IMG/VR virus record: IMGVR_UViG_3300042997_002652
Coordinates: 1-64,000 of that record
Strand: one strand, 5' to 3'
Source of the DNA: a virus
Taxonomy: Duplodnaviria > Caudoviricetes
DNA: 64,000 nucleotides
Shown: in pieces, positions 54,033 to 62,456 of the stretch
Numbering within the stretch: position 1 is the stretch's first letter
Layout: the number at the start of each line of letters is the position of its first letter
Notes under the pieces: generated by a model
Seen by the model: only the letters and a program-made list of their open reading frames with translations
Databases searched by the model: none
Told to the model about the DNA's origin: nothing
Translations under genes and position numbers: made by a program

Positions 54033-56735
54033 TCAACCAAAAGAAAACAAACTATCAAATGTAGTATTTGTGTCTGTGTTACTTTTCAAGTCCCAGTTTA
54101 GTACACCTAATAGGTTTTCAATCTTTTTATCTACTAGTGTAGTTTCCATTAATGAGTCATCAAACGGTAATTGTTTGAACCAATCTGGAAGTCTAAGCTC
54201 ATCTGTAGGATAAGCAATGGAAGTGAATCCTAACGGATTGGTTTTAAGCTTACACACAACAACTTTCATACCATCTAAAATAGTCATAGAATAATTGTCG
54301 CTATGTGCCTTTTTAAGAAAGTTCCAATTGATAGCTGCACGAACATGCCCCGGCATAGTAGCCTTACCTTTTTTACTTCTAGCTTCTAGTTCGCCGTAAA
54401 AAGTAAGCTTGTTTACTGACTTAGGAGAACCCTTAGTCCAACTAGGCTGTTCGGATAGTTCTCGCTTAAAATCTTTGATACGTTCTATAATATCTTCTTT
54501 GGACTTATTGCTTAGAACCATAGTAAGAACGTCTAGTAAAAACTTTTGAATATATTTAGGCGTATCTGATCTTTTTAGTTCAAGACCCATAGCTTTAATA
54601 TCACCCGTTTTACCATTTACGTCTTTACGCTTGCCTTCTTTGTCATAGATATTTACCGCATAACGCTTTTTCTTGATAAACAAGCCCACGTCACCTATGA
54701 TTTCTCTGCCACCTTTAATGATAGCACCGTTCTTTCTTGGACAATGACATGCACGTTCCATGAACCCGGGAAAGCTATCGTTAACTTGATCAGCAATATT
54801 ATCATATAATTGGACAACTAGTTCTTTGTTCCATTCCATCTTACCTGCGTTAACTTCTTGCTCAATAATAGGCCAAGCTGAAAAATAACCTGAGTCGGTA
54901 TCAGAGTATATCATAGATTCGCCTTCATGATTGTAAGCACCTGTTATAATCTCATTGATCTGAGAATTCATGTGCTTAACAATTTGTCTACCAGTTAAAG
55001 TAACTGACTGACCCAATCGTTTGTCATAGAACCTACAGTGTTCATTTAAGAGTGCACCATAAGCAGAGTTAAGCAAAATCTTTCTTACCAACTGTCGCTT
55101 GTCATAATACTCTTTATCTGTTTCAGTAGTAGCTTCTTTTAGTTTTTTCTGCAAGTCTTTACGTTCAGCATACCAACGAGTAAGTAGACCGGGAATAACA
55201 CCTTCTTGATCACTTCTAAATATAGTACCATTAGCTGATAACATATACGGACTGTGTGAATCAAAAATCATTTTCCATATTTCAGCAGCAGACATTTCTT
55301 GTGATCTACCATCTTCAAAGTCAACAATAAGCATTGTGCCGCGTTCTTGATTCATTACTGAAGTATATTCTAGTGAACCAAACAATCCTTCCCAAAGCAA
55401 TGAACTCATGTCAAGTTCATCATCTTCGTCATAGTTTCGCTTTTCTTTAGCTAGTTCCATTGCTCTATCGTGTAAGAACTTTTCAGTATGTGTTTGTCTA
55501 ATTTGCCCTACAATTGTTTCTGGGGCCATGTTCAAAGCACGAATTGTTGAAGGATACAGTGAGTTAATATCTATAGCTCCCACCCAGTAATGCAATCCTT
55601 TCTTTGGTTGGGCAACATAAGCACCAGCAGCAGCCATTTCGCCTGAATGACCTCTTTGCTTATCTGGCACGATAAGACCTCTAGCATGTGCTTCATTATA
55701 GATAGCCATTTCAATCATAGCTACTGAACCCATTACTGTTGGTAACAATACTGTATTTTCGTGTGCTAGTTGATTAGCCAACTCTAAGAATTTTAGCTTG
55801 TTGTGAATCTTTACTACAAGCATAGTGTCTTGGCGGTTATATCTAATGAATTCTTTGAAGTCACGATTGTATAGTTGATCTAGTGTGCCTTCATATGGAG
55901 TTTTTGTTTCACCAACTTCCATTTCCCCGATAGCATCTAACGAGTAACTGTGTCTGGATTCATAGTTGTACTTTTTATACAACTGAAGATAGTCCATATG
56001 AATTCTACCTACTAAGTCATATGTTTGTTCTTCTTTACCAAATCGTTCGTAAGTTCTTGGTTTAGGTAATTGCCCCATTAAACAGAACTTTCTAGTATCA
56101 TCTTTACTCATGATCTTAGTTACTCTGTTTACTATATATGGAATATCAAATCCTTCTGAGTTCCATCCTGTTAACACATCAGCATCTTCAATTATTTGAA
56201 AGAAAGTTTCAAACATTTCTATTTCACTACGAAACAAAAAAGTGTTTGGAAATTCTGCTACTAGCTCTTGTGCTGTTTCGTCTGTTATGTGTTTAGGTGG
56301 AATAGCCAAACATATAAGTTGATCTAACCAATCCAAGTACAATGCAATTGCTGTCACTGGACTAAAAGGATCACTAGTAGGCGCGTATCCGCGTTCTGGG
56401 GAAAAATCAACCTCAATGTCAAAAAACGCTGTGTGAAGTTTTGGAGCTTCTACACCTAAATAGTTGTCAGATAAACATCTAAAAACAGTGTTAACATCGC
56501 TTTCAAATAACTTCTTACCCGAGTGTATACGCTTTTCTTTTTCAAATTCGCTTTTCTTTCTAGTAGAAAACCTACTTAAAGAGTCACGATAGATAGAACG
56601 ATACTTGCCTTTAGAGTCGGGATAATAAAATACATAGTTAGCAGGGAACTCCTGATAGCTTCTAGTGCCATCAGAAGTTCTTTCTATCACATGTATGCGA
56701 TCATTTTTTGCATCATTGATTGCATCAACATACAT
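54033..56735 (-). CDS. Family B DNA polymerase (T4 gp43-like)
   Basis: Exo FDIEVD, GWNSEGFDIPY, YNRQD; pol DINSLYPS, KILLNSAYG, YSDTDS, KKRYA; probable start MYVDA at 56735. Confidence 0.97.
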   Translation of the reverse strand: MYVDAINDAKNDRIHVIERTSDGTRSYQEFPANYVFYYPDSKGKYRSIYRDSLSRFSTRKKSEFEKEKRIHSGKKLFESDVNTVFRCLSDNYLGVEAPKLHTAFFDIEVDFSPERGYAPTSDPFSPVTAIALYLDWLDQLICLAIPPKHITDETAQELVAEFPNTFLFRSEIEMFETFFQIIEDADVLTGWNSEGFDIPYIVNRVTKIMSKDDTRKFCLMGQLPKPRTYERFGKEEQTYDLVGRIHMDYLQLYKKYNYESRHSYSLDAIGEMEVGETKTPYEGTLDQLYNRDFKEFIRYNRQDTMLVVKIHNKLKFLELANQLAHENTVLLPTVMGSVAMIEMAIYNEAHARGLIVPDKQRGHSGEMAAAGAYVAQPKKGLHYWVGAIDINSLYPSTIRALNMAPETIVGQIRQTHTEKFLHDRAMELAKEKRNYDEDDELDMSSLLWEGLFGSLEYTSVMNQERGTMLIVDFEDGRSQEMSAAEIWKMIFDSHSPYMLSANGTIFRSDQEGVIPGLLTRWYAERKDLQKKLKEATTETDKEYYDKRQLVRKILLNSAYGALLNEHCRFYDKRLGQSVTLTGRQIVKHMNSQINEIITGAYNHEGESMIYSDTDSGYFSAWPIIEQEVNAGKMEWNKELVVQLYDNIADQVNDSFPGFMERACHCPRKNGAIIKGGREIIGDVGLFIKKKRYAVNIYDKEGKRKDVNGKTGDIKAMGLELKRSDTPKYIQKFLLDVLTMVLSNKSKEDIIERIKDFKRELSEQPSWTKGSPKSVNKLTFYGELEARSKKGKATMPGHVRAAINWNFLKKAHSDNYSMTILDGMKVVVCKLKTNPLGFTSIAYPTDELRLPDWFKQLPFDDSLMETTLVDKKIENLLGVLNWDLKSNTDTNTTFDSLFSFG

Positions 56736-56736
56736 A

Positions 56737-57000
56737 TTACTGGACCCTGCCAACAGTCTCCAGAATCGTGTTTAAATCTTCATGATCTTGATTAGTTTGT
56801 GTAAGTGATGACTTGTATGCAGTCTTTACTGCCCGTTTTAGTACGGATGGCTTGATATCTAGCTCTTCTGCAATAGCTTTTATCGTATCCGATAATCCGC
56901 CGTTAAGCGTTTCTATCTCATTTAATACTGAAAGACCCTCATTTATAATCTGGGTCAATTTAGTTTTTTCGTCTTGATTAAATACTCTACCGTTTGACAT
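56737..57000 (-). CDS. GapR/T4 DsbA-like dsDNA-binding protein
   Basis: LSDTIKAIAEELDIKPSVLKRAVKTAYK. Confidence 0.55.
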   Translation of the reverse strand: MSNGRVFNQDEKTKLTQIINEGLSVLNEIETLNGGLSDTIKAIAEELDIKPSVLKRAVKTAYKSSLTQTNQDHEDLNTILETVGRVQ

Positions 57001-57106
57001 ATGATCTCCTGTTGTTGTGTAGTATATATGTGTGAATTCTGTAGGACAGAATTTTTCTTAGACTGTTAGTATAGTCTAAATTATTGAATTATCAATCTAA
57101 TTGGTA

Positions 57107-57631
57107 TTATTCAAAGATATGTGGGTTGGCAGCACCGTATATTTTTATTAGTTTGCCAGCCATCATGTCAGCCATTGCTTCTATCGGTGATCCCGGATAA
57201 CTTGAATCGGGTTTAATCATATCTAGGTCGTGTTGTTTTACATGTACTAGTTCGTGGAAGGTAGTTCTTAAAATATCTACTAAGTTTCTGTTTTTAGCAT
57301 AAATCCAAATCTTACCTGATCCAGGTACGTGTCCACCAGTATGATGATTGCCTTGCGCTTCATCAGTATCCATGCTTAGTTCAATTGCGGGTATTTTTGT
57401 GATGTTAAGTTTTTTACAAATCCATTCTACTGCTTTAGCTACTTCAGCAGCTTTGTTATCATCAATTTCTTCATCCAAGCTTTGTATTGCTTTTTTAGCT
57501 ATATTTCTTTCTTTTTTAGCATTTTTTACAAGTTTATCTAGAACACTGTATCTATGTTTATCTAAGGTAGGCAAACCGTATGCTGGATTTTCTTGAACTG
57601 TATTTTCTATAATAAACTCTTTTGCTCTCAT
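57107..57631 (-). CDS. Zincin-like metallopeptidase with MRAKEFIIE leader
   Basis: TFHELVHVKQ and IEAMAD. Confidence 0.7.
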   Translation of the reverse strand: MRAKEFIIENTVQENPAYGLPTLDKHRYSVLDKLVKNAKKERNIAKKAIQSLDEEIDDNKAAEVAKAVEWICKKLNITKIPAIELSMDTDEAQGNHHTGGHVPGSGKIWIYAKNRNLVDILRTTFHELVHVKQHDLDMIKPDSSYPGSPIEAMADMMAGKLIKIYGAANPHIFE

Positions 57632-57646
57632 AATAACTCAGTATTT

Positions 57647-57728
57647 GGTGCTACACTTTGACTTATGGGGTAGCGAATCCTTCAGTCGCGTAGTAGCTCA
57701 CGCACATAACCCCAACGGTCCCTGGGTA
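57647..57728 (-). ncRNA. Candidate structured RNA (pseudoknot-capable), family unknown
   Basis: GC-rich island in AT-rich intergenic DNA; UGGGGU/ACCCCA, GCGUG/UACGC, loop GCUAC complementary to downstream GUAGC. Confidence 0.35.
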
Positions 57729-57731
57729 TGT

Positions 57732-57920
57732 TCACTTCATTTCTTTAATCGTACCAATAACAGCATCAGTAATGCCATATTGTTGTTTCATTAATTGCCT
57801 AGCCATAAACAAGTTTTGCGCAGTTACAGTAACATCCATATTACCAGTATAACCCGGTTGCTTTACAAACACCCGGGCAATGTACATTTTATATGGTTGT
57901 ACAACGTCTGCTACTTTCAT
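57732..57920 (-). CDS. Hypothetical protein
   Basis: 62-aa ORF. Confidence 0.65.
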   Translation of the reverse strand: MKVADVVQPYKMYIARVFVKQPGYTGNMDVTVTAQNLFMARQLMKQQYGITDAVIGTIKEMK

Positions 57921-58471
57921 TAATTATAATAAGTGGGGCCGCCACTTTTGCTAGGTGCCATATTATCATAAGGTGATTTTGGTCTTGCTTGTCCCTTAAA
58001 GAACTTAACAATTTTATCAAAACCTTCTTTGTTTTGGCCACCAACATTTTGCATAGTTTCTTTATTTGCCGGCATAACTGTTTCATACTTGCGCAAAAAC
58101 AAGTTAATATCTTCTACCGGTAATTTAGCTTTAGAGCCATCTTTAAAACTAATAGCATAGTTTCCATCAACGTCAAGTGCTGACCGTAGTTGCATAACCA
58201 AGTGCTTTACTTTGTCTTGATCGGCATCAGCAACCGGTTCGTCTTCATCCCAATCGTCAATTTCTCTGTTTTTTGCTTCGTTAGTAGGAGTGTGCGTAAC
58301 ATCAGCTAAGTAAACAGCAATACCAGCAGTAGACTTCAAGCCCCACTTTTCAGCAGCTTTTTTAGCAGCGCCATAGCTTGAACTAGCAGTACATTCATAC
58401 GTACCTTTTTTAACATGAACACACACGTAAGGGCGTTCTGCGTTTTCTAATAAAACTTCTTGGATTTTCAT
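57920..58471 (-). CDS. Hypothetical protein with MKIQEVLLE leader
   Basis: 183-aa ORF; internal TNE site separates two segments. Confidence 0.7.
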   Translation of the reverse strand: MKIQEVLLENAERPYVCVHVKKGTYECTASSSYGAAKKAAEKWGLKSTAGIAVYLADVTHTPTNEAKNREIDDWDEDEPVADADQDKVKHLVMQLRSALDVDGNYAISFKDGSKAKLPVEDINLFLRKYETVMPANKETMQNVGGQNKEGFDKIVKFFKGQARPKSPYDNMAPSKSGGPTYYN

Positions 58472-58497
58472 ATTAAGTTCCTTTATTAATTTAGTAT

Positions 58498-58941
58498 TTA
58501 TGCTCTATCTGTTTTTAATGTGCTGTTTAACTGCCAAGACCATTTTTCATGTGCATCTAGTCTTTCAGCTAAAAAGTTCATAATACCTTGTTTGTTCTCT
58601 TGCTCTGCGGATTTGAAGCAAGTATTCAAAAGATCAATAAGTTTTAAATTGTCTTGATAAATTTCAGCTATCATTAATTGGGCACGGGGTATCTTTAGCT
58701 GATCTTCTATTATACACAGTTCTGCCATTCGTGTAAAGCTTCCGGGAGCGTAACTGCCCAAAGTTCTTACATATTCTGCTGTTTGGTCAATGGCATTGTC
58801 AAACACATCTTCATAGATTTTCCCAAAAAACTTGTGATATTGGGGAAAGTCTGGTCCCTCTACATTCCAATGAAAATTTTGGGCTTTTATAGCAAAGCCA
58901 TAACAACTTGCTAATAATACTTTTAAATCATCTGATAACAT
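58498..58941 (-). CDS. dps: Dps/ferritin-like DNA protection protein
   Basis: NFHWNVEGPDFPQYHKFFGKIYED; DQTAEYVRTLG; HEKWSWQL. Confidence 0.9.
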   Translation of the reverse strand: MLSDDLKVLLASCYGFAIKAQNFHWNVEGPDFPQYHKFFGKIYEDVFDNAIDQTAEYVRTLGSYAPGSFTRMAELCIIEDQLKIPRAQLMIAEIYQDNLKLIDLLNTCFKSAEQENKQGIMNFLAERLDAHEKWSWQLNSTLKTDRA

Positions 58942-58943
58942 TT

Positions 58944-59333
58944 TTATTCCTCAATATCGTCTAAGTTTATAAACTTAATAGGTTGTTTACTTTTTACTGC
59001 TGCTAACGCTCTGTGATTACCATCAATAATTCTACCGTCAGCAATAACGATTATTTGATTTGCAAGATTTTGTTTAGCATATGTTTTGACTAACTTCTGT
59101 TGATAGCTGTCCATGATATCATATAACTCATCTACGTGTTCTATTCTGTACTGTCCTTTTAGTAATATTTCTAATTTATAAGGTTGCATAGTTTGAATTT
59201 CATGTTGAGTATTCAATTCACTATTAGTAACATATTCCCAAAAAGCTTCGTCACGATCGGGGAAATCATTTTGATAAACTTGATTTAAAGAAGTAGTATC
59301 TTCTTTAAGAGTTATGAATTCGCGGGCTCTCAT
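58944..59333 (-). CDS. ParB/Srx-like domain protein with MRAREFIT leader
   Basis: IVIADGRIIDGNHRALAA. Confidence 0.7.
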   Translation of the reverse strand: MRAREFITLKEDTTSLNQVYQNDFPDRDEAFWEYVTNSELNTQHEIQTMQPYKLEILLKGQYRIEHVDELYDIMDSYQQKLVKTYAKQNLANQIIVIADGRIIDGNHRALAAVKSKQPIKFINLDDIEE

Positions 59334-59833
59334 TTCTTATCTCTAGTACTCTTAGTAGGCACGTTCTTTGCCTTACCTTGTCTTTCAGGATTTGGATCTT
59401 GTCTACGCTTTCTGCTAGCAGCACTTGCTCTACCTTTTTTACCTAAAGACTGTGCTTTCTTTTGCGGTAAGCATTTTGGCTTACCTTCACCTTCACTGCC
59501 CCTAGCACATGAGCCTCTGATTTTACCGTCAGGACCAAATCTAACCCACTTTTCTTTAAACCATTTACGCAAGTCTTCTTCTAGTTGTTCTTCGCTAGTT
59601 TCATCTATACTTTCTTTTGGCACACAGTTAGGAACCATTTTGCCACTTTTCTTTTTCATACCCACTTGTTTGTATGTATCCCAACATGCTTCATCAAGCT
59701 GGTCAACTTCTTCATCAGTCTTTTTTCTGCCCTGACAATGTGCTTTTTGGCTAAAGCCTTTTGGATTACTACAGTTGATAGAGCGTTTATATTTCTCGCT
59801 CCAAGCTTCTGTTATAAACTCACCAGCTCTCAT
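59330..59833 (-). CDS. Basic multi-module virion protein with MRAGEFITE leader
   Basis: Three Cys-containing basic modules separated by acidic LDE/LEE linkers. Confidence 0.7.
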   Translation of the reverse strand: MRAGEFITEAWSEKYKRSINCSNPKGFSQKAHCQGRKKTDEEVDQLDEACWDTYKQVGMKKKSGKMVPNCVPKESIDETSEEQLEEDLRKWFKEKWVRFGPDGKIRGSCARGSEGEGKPKCLPQKKAQSLGKKGRASAASRKRRQDPNPERQGKAKNVPTKSTRDKK

Positions 59834-62373
59834 TTGCTTTTATTACCCCAATTACTAGCGCCAACTTTGCGGCACTTTACTAACGCACCTGAAGCATACG
59901 CACTTGGCCAAACTTTGTAGCGCGATTTTACTTTATGATAGCAAGCATCTTTATTGCCTTCTTCGTTTAGTTCGCTTTCTGCTACTAGCTTACCGCCGCA
60001 TTCGGGGCACTTATCAGTATTTTCTGTAACTAATGTTGCTTTGTAGTTTTTATTAGGTAAACGAATAAGTTGATATGAATTTCCTTTTAAATCTTTTCGT
60101 TGCATCATTTTTGGGCCGTGACTTGCCGCATCATACGCAACTTCTGCACCAAAATGTTTTTGTAGTGATGCTGAATCGTGTTCTTGATCAGTATTTTCTG
60201 TTACACTTTCGTTTTTAGGTTCCCAGTATCTTCCTTTACCCAACATATTATCTTGATAACCATACCACTTACCTGATTTACTTTGTTTTAATCCTGCACG
60301 ACTAGCATCAGTTTCTTTTCCTGCTGGTACATTGTAAAAAAACATACCTTTAGGTTTGTTATAAGTTTTGCGTGTTTCGTGACCTAACTCATGTTCCATT
60401 TCTCTACGCTTGAAGTCGCGTTTGCTCATTGAACCCCAATCATCATTCTGTTCGTTCTGAATACCTCGCATGATAGAACTTTCAAAACTAGGAACGATTG
60501 GTTTGTCGTCTGCGCCCATTACTTCGCCTTTACCTAATGACAAACGAGTTTTATGATTTTCTATTCTTCTTTCTAGTTCTTTAATTTTAGCTTGATCATT
60601 TTGCTGTGCAGCCATTTGATGATACTTGATAAGTGTTTGTAGTTGAGGACTATTGCTATACACTTGTTGTGCTTGCTGCTGTCCTATTCCCCAAAGAGAA
60701 GCTAACAGTGCTGTACCTGCTAATACTTTTCCTATTACTCCTTCGGACATTTCTCTGTCCATCATGGTTAATGTATCATAGTCAATATAAAAGTCTGTGT
60801 CTGGGTCATATGCCAAACCAGCTTTTGGATCGTAGTAATATACTTTACCGTTTCTTGCTCTGAATGGCCCTTCTAAGCCTTGTCTTTCTTGATATTTTTC
60901 ACGATCAATGTTTGGTAGTATACGGTAGCCTTCCGCCATATCTTGATCAACAGATTCTATTTTTAATCTCTTACTGATATAATCATGTTGTGCTAATAGT
61001 CCACTCCATCTTTCTCTAGAGCTAAAACTTTCATCTTTATCTTGGCGCAACTTATTTATTTCTCTTTTAGTCTGTTCAAGTTGTTGTTGAAGTTTTATTC
61101 TTTCTTCTGGAGATGGTGGTGTTGCTTTAAATGCAGGTTTTACAGGTTGTTTTTCCCCTGGCTGTCTAATTTTTGCGTTCATGCCCATTGATTTTGCCAT
61201 ACTAGCAAAATCATCTGCTAATCCTTCCCCTACGCCGCCGCCAGCAATAACTCCGCCGGTCATTTCATCAAAACGGCGCTGATATGAATTAGCACTTGTA
61301 GAATATCTAGAACCTATTGTTTTCATACCTTCGCCGGCTAACAATAAATCATACATTAGTTTTATAACTTGCATGGGCGAAAACAAACTATCAATTCTAT
61401 TATAAAAGTAATCTATTTTTTCAGGTTTCATTCTACGATCAGGGAAACCTTTTATTAATTCTCTTGCTCTAGCTTTAATAGTTTCTAAATCTTTTATTTT
61501 TTCTAATTGTTTAATATCGTCTATACTAAAGTTATCTCTTTTGCCTTCAATGGTGTCTTCACTTAGTTGTTTATGTTCTAAATACTCACGAACAGTGTTT
61601 AAGTAATCATTTGCTTTGATAATCTTTTCTTGAACCCAACCTTCAATACCCACTTCTTCGGGAATGTCTTTGATCAGTTCATATATCTTTTTAGCATTCT
61701 TATTAGATTGAAACAAGTCACTCTTTGCCATTTCAACTTCGTGATCAGTACGGTCTTTTGCTTTTGGAATAAATCCAGGCTTGATACGATTTCCTTGACC
61801 AGGAACAATGATAATGTCTTCTTCATCAAGTTTGGCTTCTGATAAGTCTTGGTTCCAGTCTTTTGTCCATTTTGCGACTTTATTAGCATCACCCATATGA
61901 TATCCATATTCTATACCAAACACATAATTTCCTGCATATACGACCCATCCATCGTACTCAGGGTCTTTACCTTGAACCATAGCGTAATCATCTGTATCAA
62001 TGCCTTGTAAACCAACTAAGGATTTAATCCATTTTTTACCTAGTTGTTGTATTTGGAAAGGTCCTTGCCATCCTCGACTTTTTAAGATTTCAACTAGCTT
62101 TTCACTACCAAAGTTTTTACGTGTATATGGTGAGTCAGGTATTGTTAACCTGTTACTAGCTTCTGAAACATCTTGCTCTTGAGATTCTTTAACTGATTTA
62201 CTGTTAGCAAACTTTTCATTAGTCTTTTTGCCAGTTAATAAGTTGCCGCCTTTTTCGTTAGGATAAATTCCTTTACCGCGTGTTTGTGTTTTGCCTACAG
62301 GTGTAGCAACAGTAGCTATAGCCCCTGAAGTAGTTGATTCTGTGAATTGTTTGCTGTTCATAATGAAATCCAT
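59830..62373 (-). CDS. 847-aa mosaic protein, probable head-processed polyprotein
   Basis: About ten segments punctuated by (V/L/M)xE sites; leader MNSKQFTE. Confidence 0.7.
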   Translation of the reverse strand: MDFIMNSKQFTESTTSGAIATVATPVGKTQTRGKGIYPNEKGGNLLTGKKTNEKFANSKSVKESQEQDVSEASNRLTIPDSPYTRKNFGSEKLVEILKSRGWQGPFQIQQLGKKWIKSLVGLQGIDTDDYAMVQGKDPEYDGWVVYAGNYVFGIEYGYHMGDANKVAKWTKDWNQDLSEAKLDEEDIIIVPGQGNRIKPGFIPKAKDRTDHEVEMAKSDLFQSNKNAKKIYELIKDIPEEVGIEGWVQEKIIKANDYLNTVREYLEHKQLSEDTIEGKRDNFSIDDIKQLEKIKDLETIKARARELIKGFPDRRMKPEKIDYFYNRIDSLFSPMQVIKLMYDLLLAGEGMKTIGSRYSTSANSYQRRFDEMTGGVIAGGGVGEGLADDFASMAKSMGMNAKIRQPGEKQPVKPAFKATPPSPEERIKLQQQLEQTKREINKLRQDKDESFSSRERWSGLLAQHDYISKRLKIESVDQDMAEGYRILPNIDREKYQERQGLEGPFRARNGKVYYYDPKAGLAYDPDTDFYIDYDTLTMMDREMSEGVIGKVLAGTALLASLWGIGQQQAQQVYSNSPQLQTLIKYHQMAAQQNDQAKIKELERRIENHKTRLSLGKGEVMGADDKPIVPSFESSIMRGIQNEQNDDWGSMSKRDFKRREMEHELGHETRKTYNKPKGMFFYNVPAGKETDASRAGLKQSKSGKWYGYQDNMLGKGRYWEPKNESVTENTDQEHDSASLQKHFGAEVAYDAASHGPKMMQRKDLKGNSYQLIRLPNKNYKATLVTENTDKCPECGGKLVAESELNEEGNKDACYHKVKSRYKVWPSAYASGALVKCRKVGASNWGNKSK

Positions 62374-62417
62374 AAGTGATATGTATATTTATCAAATCTG
62401 TAAATTTATAGAACAAT

Positions 62418-62442
62418 AAAAAAGGGGCCTAAGCCCCTTTTT
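62418..62442. terminator. Bidirectional intrinsic terminator
   Basis: aaaaaaggggc-ctaa-gcccctttttt-type symmetric stem with A/T tracts. Confidence 0.85.
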
Positions 62443-62456
62443 ATGTCAAAATATTA

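Noticed and set aside
54033-56735. Intein or intron in DNA polymerase (also checked in ligase)
   Set aside because: About 900 aa matches gp43 length, motifs are normally spaced, and no splice or LAGLIDADG motifs are seen.
57647-57728. Assignment to hammerhead or HDV-like ribozyme
   Set aside because: CUGAAGGA does not fit CUGANGA, there is no GAAA core partner, and the HDV double-pseudoknot order could not be built; kept only as an unclassified candidate.
51840-61907. Nested same-strand ORFs 51840-52064, 57889-58086, 61674-61907
   Set aside because: They lie within well-conserved coding regions, with no convincing RBS or protein-like composition, unlike the 25752-25976 candidate.
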